DNA from: Planctomycetota bacterium
GTDB lineage: Bacteria; Planctomycetota; UBA8108; UBA1146
NCBI GenBank assembly: GCA_014240375.1
Contig: JAAZXB010000007.1
Span: 80,350-144,349 of the forward strand
Direction of reading: 5' to 3'
Length of the DNA stretch: 64,000 bases
The position numbers and the translations under genes are program-made. Shown piece after piece: positions 19,869 to 27,058 of the stretch; positions within the stretch are counted from its first letter, which is position 1, and each line of letters opens with the position of its first letter. The notes under the pieces are model-generated. The model did no database searches. It saw nothing but the letters and a program-made list of their open reading frames with translations, and was not told the DNA's origin.

Positions 19869-19993
19869 CCATGTTGCGACTCTGGCGAATTTGGCCCATG
19901 CTGCACGCTGATCTATCACCCGGGTGGATTCTACGCAGCAGGTCTTGTTGCAACCACCTGCACTGGAAGAATTCCTCCGCCAGAAGGCAAGAA

Positions 19994-20995
19994 ATGAGGT
20001 CATCGATGAGTCGATCTTGGTCCATCTTATGCACGATGATCCTGCTCCTTTGCGGTTGTCTTGGCCCTGATCACAGGAGCGAAAATCATCGAGACCGCTG
20101 GGCGATCGCCATCCACGGTGGAGCGGGCGCCCTTTCCAGAGACGCACCTGAAGAAGCGCAACGTGCCTATCGTGAGTCGTTGCAATCGGCACTGACCATC
20201 GGCGCCGGAATCCTTCAGGGTGGCGGGACCGGACTCGACGCTGTCGAACAGGTGATTCGCTTCCTCGAAGATGATCCCCTGTTCAATTCTGGCCTCGGAG
20301 CCGTCTTTAACTCGGAGGGAAAACATGAACTGGATGCATCCATCATGGATGGTTCCGATCTCTCCTGTGGTGCCGTCGCTGGGGTGCGAACCGTACGCCA
20401 CCCCATCACGCTGGCCAGAAAAGTGATGACAGAAACTCGCCATGTACTGTTTGCCGGGGAAGGTGCCGAGACCTTTGCCAGCGAGTGCGGAGTCGAACTG
20501 GTCAAGAACTCCTTCTTCTCAACCGATCGACGGCGAGAGCAGTGGATCCAGAAGACCCAGCAGAAGAAGGGCACCGTCGGGGTGGCGGTGCTCGATCAGC
20601 ACGGACACCTGGCGGCGGGCACGTCGACTGGTGGCATGACCGACAAGCGCTGGGGTCGAGTCGGCGATTCCCCCATCGTCGGAGCCGGCACCTACGCCGA
20701 TGATCGCGCCTGCGCCGTTTCCTGCACCGGAACCGGTGAGGAGTACATCCGTCACGCGGTCGCTCATTCCGTCGCGGCGCGCATGATGCTAGCGGGTCAG
20801 GATCTTCAAACCGCCTGCGATGCGATGATCCACCAGGTGCTTCAACCCGACGATGGCGGCCTCATCGCCGTCGATGCCGCCGGCAATATCGCGTTTTCCT
20901 ACAGCACAGGAGGGATGTACCGCGCCGCCGCCGATTCAAGCGGCCGCTTCGAGATCGGCATCCATGACGAGATGATCACGGTGCCTGGCTCCTAG
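19994..20995 (+). CDS. iaaA: Isoaspartyl peptidase/L-asparaginase (Ntn hydrolase), predicted lipoprotein
   Basis: HGGAG..., autoprocessing and active-site region GTVGVAVLDQHGHLAAGTSTGGMTDKRWGRVGDSPIVGAGTYAD. Start moved to ATG 19994, giving MRSSMSRSWSILCTMILLLCGC (signal peptide plus lipobox). Confidence 0.88.
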   Translation: MRSSMSRSWSILCTMILLLCGCLGPDHRSENHRDRWAIAIHGGAGALSRDAPEEAQRAYRESLQSALTIGAGILQGGGTGLDAVEQVIRFLEDDPLFNSGLGAVFNSEGKHELDASIMDGSDLSCGAVAGVRTVRHPITLARKVMTETRHVLFAGEGAETFASECGVELVKNSFFSTDRRREQWIQKTQQKKGTVGVAVLDQHGHLAAGTSTGGMTDKRWGRVGDSPIVGAGTYADDRACAVSCTGTGEEYIRHAVAHSVAARMMLAGQDLQTACDAMIHQVLQPDDGGLIAVDAAGNIAFSYSTGGMYRAAADSSGRFEIGIHDEMITVPGS

Positions 20996-21086
20996 TTTTC
21001 CGCAGCGGTTCTGGATTGGTCGTCAGGATTCCATCGATCTCCTCTTGCGATGAAGTGAACTCTAAAATCGGCTGTCGTCTCCTTGG
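20992..21086 (-). pseudogene. Orphan 3'-terminal fragment of a cyanophycinase-like gene (displaced old C-terminus)
   Basis: Minus-strand translation KETTADFRVHFIARGDRWNPDDQSRTAAEN-stop. The first 10 codons are identical in DNA to the intact gene tail (KETTADFRVHLIGSGERWKTTPLTSSVRDH-stop) and both tails are 30 codons long. No upstream coding continuation. Confidence 0.6.
21055..21086. repeat. 32-bp perfect direct repeat, copy 1 (gtgaactctaaaatcggctgtcgtctccttgg)
   Basis: Identical to 22539-22570. The flanking bases differ on both sides. Confidence 0.95.
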
Positions 21087-21279
21087 TTGAGAGCTGGTGC
21101 CCTCATATGAGGGATTATTATTGATGCAGGTGCTTGGACCATTGACGGCTTGGAGTCCCTGCGCATGCTTCTATAGTAGGGTGTTGCCGTCGGAGTCGCG
21201 GGGCCGATTCGCTGCCACCGCCCGACCAAGAATCGCACGGACTCGAAACGTCGACTCCGTCAGATATGGAGGCCGCAGC

Positions 21280-22407
21280 ATGCGACGCCTTCACGTAGGG
21301 ATACATCCTATGAAGCATCCCAGCTTGGGCTTCTTGATACTTCTCTTCGCGACCTCCTGCGCCGGCCCGCCCGTCGCAGAGCTCTCACACCCTGAGTCCA
21401 GCCAACTCTTCGACTTGCTGGACACCAGTCACGATGGCTCGCTTTCCCCCTTCGAAGCGCTCGACGCCCTGCTTGTGATCTCGAAGGAGGGTGCCTTGAC
21501 CCGTGAGGCCCTCGGGGCTTTTTTGAGCGAGTATGCAGAAGAGGAGTTTGCTGACCGCAGAGAGTTCTTCGAGATGGGGGACTCGGACCGCGACGGGAAA
21601 CTGGTGCTGAACGAGCTCCCCAGTGGATTTGCCTCCATGATGTCGAGTCTGGATACCGACGGTGATGGCGCCATCACCTGGAGCGAGTTCAGGCTGGTCA
21701 ATATCGAGTCCTCCGTGATGATGGCGAAGGAGGAAGGAGCGGAACTCTATGCCGAGCTCGTCGAGGAGATCGGGGAGCCGGTGCACCTGGAAGGAGCTCC
21801 CGTTGACCTTGTCGAGGAACTTCGGGAGTTCGATGTCGACGGAGACAGGACCATCACTCAAGAAGAGATCGAGCAGGTGATCCGTAAGGAGCTCGCTGGG
21901 ACGACCTTCGAGGTCACAGGCGAGCTCGCGATCATGCAAGGAGTGATCGGTGCAACTACTCCTTCGAGTGTGCTTGAGCTCGCTTTCATGAACCCTGAGG
22001 TTCGGACCATTGTCCTCACCAATATGCCAGGTTCGATGGACGACGTGGCCAACATGCGGGCCGGACGATACATCCGTCAGTTTGGCCTGAACACGCACGT
22101 ACCGGCGGATAGCGAAGTGGCCTCTGGCGCAACCGACCTGTTTCTAGCCGGCAGGCATCGCTCCTGTGAGCCGGGCGCACGCTTCGGCATCCACTCTTGG
22201 GGTGGAGGTCCTGTGGTAGCCACGGACCTGCCAAGAGATCATGAAGATCACCTCCTCTACCTGGACTACTACGAGGAGATGGGCATCCCTGCGGAGTTCT
22301 ACTGGCGAACCCTCTCGGCCGCCCCAGCTGAGGGCATCCACTGGATGACGGAGGAGGAGCTCGAGCGCTTTGGTTTCTTCACGGACGGGAGACCTGACCT
22401 GAAGTAA
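21280..22407 (+). CDS. Lipoprotein with four EF-hand Ca-binding loops and a C-terminal ClpP/COG3904-like periplasmic domain
   Basis: MRRLHVGIHPMKHPSLGFLILLFATSC signal peptide and lipobox with a GGAGG RBS. EF loops DTSHDGSLSPFE, DSDRDGKLVLNE, DTDGDGAITWSE and DVDGDRTITQEE. The C-terminal block is IVLTNMPGSMDDVANMRAGRYIRQFGLNTHV...SGATDLFLAGRHR. Confidence 0.7.
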   Translation: MRRLHVGIHPMKHPSLGFLILLFATSCAGPPVAELSHPESSQLFDLLDTSHDGSLSPFEALDALLVISKEGALTREALGAFLSEYAEEEFADRREFFEMGDSDRDGKLVLNELPSGFASMMSSLDTDGDGAITWSEFRLVNIESSVMMAKEEGAELYAELVEEIGEPVHLEGAPVDLVEELREFDVDGDRTITQEEIEQVIRKELAGTTFEVTGELAIMQGVIGATTPSSVLELAFMNPEVRTIVLTNMPGSMDDVANMRAGRYIRQFGLNTHVPADSEVASGATDLFLAGRHRSCEPGARFGIHSWGGGPVVATDLPRDHEDHLLYLDYYEEMGIPAEFYWRTLSAAPAEGIHWMTEEELERFGFFTDGRPDLK

Positions 22408-22475
22408 GGCTCGGAGCGGAGTCGGAGGTTGCCTCAGAGTTCACATGCGAGGCTTGTTGGAGCTTGATCCCGTCA

Positions 22476-23309
22476 TTAGTGGTCTCGAACAGAGGACGTA
22501 AGCGGAGTCGTTTTCCAGCGTTCTCCGCTACCGATCAGGTGAACTCTAAAATCGGCTGTCGTCTCCTTGGCGGATGATTCCGTCTTTGGCTTGCGACCAT
22601 CGATCACCACTACCGGCCCCCGACCGATCACTTGCCAGGAACCATCGGGATCGACGATGACTGCAGTCTGTTCATCGATGCCGACTCCGATCTGATCTGG
22701 ATGATCGGCGACGGCGGTGAAGAGGCGCGCCCAGCGACGTCTGGCGAGGAAATGCTGATCGACGATGACGCCGGGCCACAGCCCCAGACCCTCGATAAGT
22801 TCCGTGGTTGATTTGAGCAACGCCTCCAGTTCTGCCTCGCCGGTGATCATGTGGCGAGACATCACCGCAGCACCGGCGCTGGTGCCGGATAGGATGGTGC
22901 CCTGAGCGTGGCACTTTCTCACCACATCGATGAGGTTTCGTTGGCGCAGTGCATCCATCAGGCGCGACTGCGATCCACCGCCGAGCCAGATCAGATCCGC
23001 ACTCTCGATGGCGCTGCGCGCTGCGGCCGCTTCTTCGGGAATCACCGTGACCCGTGTCGCTCCCGATTGCTTCCACGCCTCGGCAGTGCGTGCGCCGGCG
23101 TTCTCCCTGCTGGAAGCCCACCCGATGATGAGAATGTTGGCATCCTTGCCACCCGCCAGTTCGAGAGCTCGGGGGCGAAGATCCAAAGGAAGAGATCCAC
23201 CTCCCGCCACGATCAAAGCCCCCGCCTTCGAGGGCGCAGGGGGGTCGAGGCGGTCGAGTTCCGGTGCCGCCAGCAGCACCATCCACAGGGTCAGGGTTGT
23301 CGAGATCAT
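22476..23309 (-). CDS. Cyanophycinase-like peptidase S51, secreted
   Basis: ALIVAGGGS, LIWLGGGSQSRL, nucleophile elbow LSGTSAGAAVMS and VIVDQHFLARRRWARL match the cyanophycinase/S51 pattern. Start at ATG 23309 with a GAGGAGG RBS and a hydrophobic signal-like N-terminus. The last 21 codons lie inside the 32-bp-repeat-bounded insert. Confidence 0.8.
   Translation of the reverse strand: MISTTLTLWMVLLAAPELDRLDPPAPSKAGALIVAGGGSLPLDLRPRALELAGGKDANILIIGWASSRENAGARTAEAWKQSGATRVTVIPEEAAAARSAIESADLIWLGGGSQSRLMDALRQRNLIDVVRKCHAQGTILSGTSAGAAVMSRHMITGEAELEALLKSTTELIEGLGLWPGVIVDQHFLARRRWARLFTAVADHPDQIGVGIDEQTAVIVDPDGSWQVIGRGPVVVIDGRKPKTESSAKETTADFRVHLIGSGERWKTTPLTSSVRDH
22539..22570. repeat. 32-bp perfect direct repeat, copy 2 (inside the cyanophycinase-like CDS)
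   Basis: Identical to 21055-21086. Encodes KETTADFRVH on the minus strand. Confidence 0.95.
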
Positions 23310-23397
23310 CCGGGCCTCCTCGCTGTCAGTCTCTCCTGTTGACCGCACCGTGTCAGCAGTGGATCGTCTAGATCAACAACCTTGTGGGAGGATCGAG

Positions 23398-24177
23398 ATG
23401 AGCCATCGACAGAGCATCTCACTGATGTCTATATTGCTGACACTGTTCTCCTGCCAGGGCCCACCCCCTCGCACGATCGTTGCCGAACCCAGCCTGGAAG
23501 ATCGCGCTGCTTCCGCGGGCTGGCACGGCGGTCGCCCGTGGATGGACCAGCACCTCGACGGAGTGAAGATCGCAGCACAGGGGAATCTGGATCTACTGCT
23601 GGTCGGCGACTCCATCACGCAATCCTGGGGGGGCGAAGGGCGGCGCGTGGGAGTGACGGCCGCTGGTGTCTTCGAGAGCTTCTTTGGCCAGTTGCGGGTG
23701 GGCAACCTGGGCATCTCTGGCGACCGAACGCAGCATCTGTTGTGGCGCATCCAGAATGGCACCCTCGATGGTGCCGATCCTGCTGTCATCGTCATCCTGA
23801 TCGGCACCAACAACATCACGCATGATGCGCCGGCAGAGATCGCCATCGGCATCGAGGCAGTGGTGAAGGCAGCGAGAAACAAGGCTCCCGATGCGCTGAT
23901 CCTGCTGCATCCGATCCTTCCCCGTGGCAAGACCGCTGCCGATCAAGGGCGGCAAGAGTGCGCCGAGGTCAACGCTGCCATCGGCCATCTCGACCAGCTG
24001 CAAGCGGTCGAGATCCTCGATCTGACCGATGTGTTCCTGGCCGCCGACCAGCAGCTGCACACGCACCTCTATCGTCCCGATGCACTGCACCTGTCTCCGG
24101 CCGGCTACGAGGCATGGGCACGAGCGCTGGCACCTCGGTTGAGACTGGCCGGGTTGGCGGTCGCCAAGCAGCCATGA
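23398..24177 (+). CDS. SGNH/GDSL-family hydrolase, lipoprotein
   Basis: MSHRQSISLMSILLTLFSC lipobox with a GGGAGGA RBS. SGNH blocks LLVGDSITQSWG, GISGDRT, ILIGTNN and a C-terminal DALHLS. The track ORF start (22930) is antisense to the neighbouring gene and was rejected. Confidence 0.8.
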   Translation: MSHRQSISLMSILLTLFSCQGPPPRTIVAEPSLEDRAASAGWHGGRPWMDQHLDGVKIAAQGNLDLLLVGDSITQSWGGEGRRVGVTAAGVFESFFGQLRVGNLGISGDRTQHLLWRIQNGTLDGADPAVIVILIGTNNITHDAPAEIAIGIEAVVKAARNKAPDALILLHPILPRGKTAADQGRQECAEVNAAIGHLDQLQAVEILDLTDVFLAADQQLHTHLYRPDALHLSPAGYEAWARALAPRLRLAGLAVAKQP

Positions 24178-24218
24178 TCGATGGATTCGATCGATTCGAT
24201 CCACTCATGAACAAGAAA

Positions 24219-24249
24219 ACGCCGCGTCCGGAGTCTCCGGACGCGGCGT
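24219..24249. terminator. Bidirectional rho-independent terminator (15-bp arms)
   Basis: acgccgcgtccggag t ctccggacgcggcgt is a perfect inverted repeat. Flanked by aagaaaa on the left and cttgatttc on the right. Lies between convergent genes. Confidence 0.7.
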
Positions 24250-24274
24250 CTTGATTTCACAAGTCCGTGGAACG

Positions 24275-25345
24275 TTACAGCGGTTGCGGCTTCGGGGCCG
24301 GATCTGGCTTCGGCGCTGGCTTCGGTGGAGCAGGAGGAGCGGGCGGCTGCGGTGTTTCTCCGCGACCTCCACGACCTCTGCGGCGACGCTGCTGATCGCC
24401 ACCTTGACCACCACCGGGCTGCGGTCCGATCTCTTCGCCACCACCACCACGGCCTCCGCGGCCCTCGCCGCGACGACGACGTGGCTGATCGCCATCCTGG
24501 CCACCGCGACCTCTACGGCCAGCGCCCAGTTCTTCACGATCGATGATGCCGTCTCCGTTGCGGTCGAGACCCCCGAGTCGGCGACGAATCGCCTCCGGCA
24601 TCCCTTCCAGCTCTTCCTTGTCGATCACTCCATCGCCGTTGCGATCGAGACGATCGAGTCCGCCACCACGACGCTGCGGTGGGCCATTGCCATCGCCGGG
24701 AGGGCCCTCACCGGGAGGGGGGCCTCCTTCGGGAGATGGACGACGACCTCGACCAAAACCTTCCAGTTCTTCAGGAGTGATCACGCCATCTCCATTGGTG
24801 TCGGCAGGGCCGAGCCTACGGCGCATCCCTTCCGGCATTCCTTCCAGTTCTTCCTTGTCGATCACTCCATCGCCGTTGCGATCGAGACGCTCGATCAGGC
24901 CTCCTCCACGACGCCTTTCAGGACGAGGATTGTCACCGCCACCATCCGGAGCCGGACGGCCAGCGCCCCCTCCGAGGATTCGGTCGAGTTCTTCACCGGT
25001 GATCGTGCCATCCCCGTTGGTGTCGGCACCACCGAGTCTGCGGCGCATACCCTCGGGAATACCTTCCAGCTCTTCCTTGTCGAGAACTCCATCGCCGTTG
25101 CGATCGAACCGACCGATCAGACCTGCGCCACCACGACCTCTGCGACGACGTTCGCCCTCAGCTGGCGGGGCAGGAGCCGGATCATCTCCAGGATTCACCA
25201 CCGGTGGAGCCGGTGGAGCGGGATGATCCTCACCCGGCGCAGGGCGCGGGGAAGGTGTCGGGTTGGGCTGGGGATCTTGAGCCCCGACCAGGACTGGCAC
25301 CATCAGGACCAGCAACAGTGCCGCGAATTTGCAGAAAAGACGCAT
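24275..25345 (-). CDS. Secreted protein with three tandem EF-hand pairs, a Pro-rich N-terminal region and an Arg/Gly-rich plus Pro/Lys-rich C-terminal tail
   Basis: Start at ATG 25345 (GAGGAGG RBS; signal MRLFCKFAALLLVLMVPVLVGAQ). Three copies of about 75 aa contain DRNGDGVxDKEELEG and DTNGDGxITxEEL loops. The tail is RRRRGEGRGGRGGGG...QQRRRRGRGGRG...PAPPKPAPKPDPAPKPQPL. Confidence 0.75.
   Translation of the reverse strand: MRLFCKFAALLLVLMVPVLVGAQDPQPNPTPSPRPAPGEDHPAPPAPPVVNPGDDPAPAPPAEGERRRRGRGGAGLIGRFDRNGDGVLDKEELEGIPEGMRRRLGGADTNGDGTITGEELDRILGGGAGRPAPDGGGDNPRPERRRGGGLIERLDRNGDGVIDKEELEGMPEGMRRRLGPADTNGDGVITPEELEGFGRGRRPSPEGGPPPGEGPPGDGNGPPQRRGGGLDRLDRNGDGVIDKEELEGMPEAIRRRLGGLDRNGDGIIDREELGAGRRGRGGQDGDQPRRRRGEGRGGRGGGGEEIGPQPGGGQGGDQQRRRRGRGGRGETPQPPAPPAPPKPAPKPDPAPKPQPL
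24521..25123 (-). repeat. Three tandem coding repeats (EF-hand pair modules) inside the CDS
   Basis: The DNA blocks ccttccagctcttccttgtcgatcactccatcgccgttgcgatcgag recur three times with few changes. Confidence 0.8.
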
Positions 25346-25554
25346 GAATGCCTCCTCAAGAGAAATCAAAGGTACTGGCCTCAGCGGATCCCCCGACATT
25401 GATCGAGGGATGAACAGATAGGCCCGGTCCAGTACCGTCCCAGAAGGGCCTCTCAGGATCAACCCCGGATCTACAGATGAGTCGCATGGAGATCGGCCAA
25501 ACGACCGGAACCGGGCAATAATGGCTCAAATCCACAAGATCGGCGCAGCGATCG

Positions 25555-26052
25555 TCACCGAGAATCCAACTTTTTCTGCAGAACCACAAAGGAGCAGGAG
25601 TATCGATTCTGCTCATCGGATGGTCGTGGCCTTCTCGATATCTCGATCCAGTGAGCGGGATCGAGGGGAGGAAAGAAGGTGTCCCCTTCGAAATCTCCTT
25701 CCACCTCGGTTCGATAGATTCGCGTCGCCAGGGGCAGGAAAAGTGTATAGATCTCGCTCCCACCGATGACGAAGGCTTGCTCGGCATCGGCACAGGATTC
25801 CAGCACGGCTTGCGGTGAATTGAAGGCCTCGACCCCATCCGGAAGATTCTCTGGAGTTCTGGAGAGGACCAGGTTTCTTCGCCCCGGCAAGGGTCGTCCG
25901 ATCGATGCAAAGGTGCGCCGCCCCATGATGATCGGAGCTCCCATGGTGGTCTTCTTGAAGTAATCCAGGTCTGCAGGAAGGTGCCACGGGATGGCTCCCT
26001 GGTGGCCGATCACTCCCGCGCTACCGGTGGCCACGATCAGAGAAAGTTGCAT
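25555..26052 (-). CDS. folA: Dihydrofolate reductase
   Basis: MQLSLIVATGSAGVIGHQGAIPWHLPADLDYFKKTTMGAPIIMGRRTF...LPGRRNLVLSR. The start ATG at 26052 lies 1 nt after the thyA stop. Confidence 0.9.
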   Translation of the reverse strand: MQLSLIVATGSAGVIGHQGAIPWHLPADLDYFKKTTMGAPIIMGRRTFASIGRPLPGRRNLVLSRTPENLPDGVEAFNSPQAVLESCADAEQAFVIGGSEIYTLFLPLATRIYRTEVEGDFEGDTFFPPLDPAHWIEISRRPRPSDEQNRYSCSFVVLQKKLDSR

Positions 26053-26053
26053 A

Positions 26054-26851
26054 TCACACCGCCACTGGAGCGGAGATCCCAGGATGCGGGTGATAGCCAT
26101 CGACCTGGAAATCTTCATAGCAGAACTGGTCGATCTCGGTCACTCCATCACGCAGCTGAAGAGTTGGAAGCTGCCTTGGCTCCCTCGCCAGTTGCTTCTT
26201 CGCTTGCTGAAGGTGGTTATCGTAAAGGTGGAGATCTCCAAAGGTGTGAATGAACTCGCCCGGCTTCAATCCGGTGACTTGAGCAACCATGTGAGTCAAG
26301 AGCGCATAGCTGGCGATGTTGAAGGGCACTCCAAGAAAGATGTCAGCACTGCGCTGATACAACTGACAGTGAAGATGATCCCCCATCACCTGAAACTGGA
26401 ACAAACAATGACACGGGGGTAGCGCCATCTCATCGATCTGTGCCGGGTTCCAGGCGCTGACGATCAAGCGCCGGGAGTCCGGATTCTCCCGGATCTGCTC
26501 GATCACGCCTTGCAGTTGATCCACCACCGTTCCGGCAGGGCCTTGCCAGCGTCTCCACTGGGCACCGTACACCGGGCCCAACTCGCCAGTTTCCGGATCC
26601 GCCCACTCATCCCAGATCGACACTCCCACCTGTTGCAGAGGCTTGACGTTGGTCACCCCAGAGATGAACCAGAGCACCTCGTGGATCACCGACTTCAAGT
26701 GCACCTTCTTGGTGGTCAGCAGTGGGAACCCCTCGGAAAGATCGAAGCGGATCTGACGGCCAAACAGAGCCCGGGTACCGGTACCGGTTCGGTCCGATTT
26801 CTGCACCCCGTTCTCGAGTACATCGCTGAGTAATTCAAGATAGGATTGCAA
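26054..26851 (-). CDS. thyA: Thymidylate synthase (ThyA type)
   Basis: 265 aa. [39 protein letters not shown] and the active-site block ALPPCH. Confidence 0.95.
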   Translation of the reverse strand: MQSYLELLSDVLENGVQKSDRTGTGTRALFGRQIRFDLSEGFPLLTTKKVHLKSVIHEVLWFISGVTNVKPLQQVGVSIWDEWADPETGELGPVYGAQWRRWQGPAGTVVDQLQGVIEQIRENPDSRRLIVSAWNPAQIDEMALPPCHCLFQFQVMGDHLHCQLYQRSADIFLGVPFNIASYALLTHMVAQVTGLKPGEFIHTFGDLHLYDNHLQQAKKQLAREPRQLPTLQLRDGVTEIDQFCYEDFQVDGYHPHPGISAPVAV

Positions 26852-27058
26852 GAAGCCCCCGCGACTGACCCGACCCCCATGATCGAGCAGGGTTCAGTGT
26901 CTCCGATGGTCACACGGCTCGCCAGTCCTCGTCGTGGGGAGAGTCGTGGGGAGAGTCGTTCCCGCCTCGGATCCGGCGGACAGGTATGTGCCTGACGAGA
27001 TCTGCCAGCAATTCTCTACCAGCAAATTGCACTGCCAGCAGACCCCACCGTCTCCCGA

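Noticed and set aside
19869-20192. 108-aa N-terminal extension of the leuS ORF in the track (915 aa).
   Set aside because: The extension has no similarity to LeuS and is Arg/Ser/Cys-rich junk-like sequence. It would overlap the divergent asparaginase gene region. The canonical LeuS N-terminus (YRPQEIEPRWQ) begins right after the ATGs at 19868 and 19859.
20992-22570. Insertion sequence or transposon explanation for the 32-bp direct repeats.
   Set aside because: There is no transposase or integrase ORF and no terminal inverted repeats. 32 bp is far longer than typical target-site duplications, and the repeat is part of a coding 3' end. I therefore describe it as an att-like integration/3'-end replacement scar of unknown mechanism.
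22930-23397. Upstream 156 codons of the 415-aa + strand ORF (22930-24177).
   Set aside because: It is antisense to the well-supported cyanophycinase-like gene. The SGNH hydrolase has its own RBS, ATG and lipoprotein signal at 23398.
24251-25402. 383-aa and 227-aa + strand ORFs antisense to the EF-hand repeat gene.
   Set aside because: These are typical long antisense ORFs in GC-rich repetitive DNA. The minus strand yields canonical EF-hand loops, a signal peptide and a strong RBS.
26931-26960. 12-bp direct repeat gtcgtggggaga x2.5 upstream of thyA.
   Set aside because: It is real but short (2.5 copies) with no obvious functional context beyond lying in the thyA upstream spacer. I judged it unremarkable.
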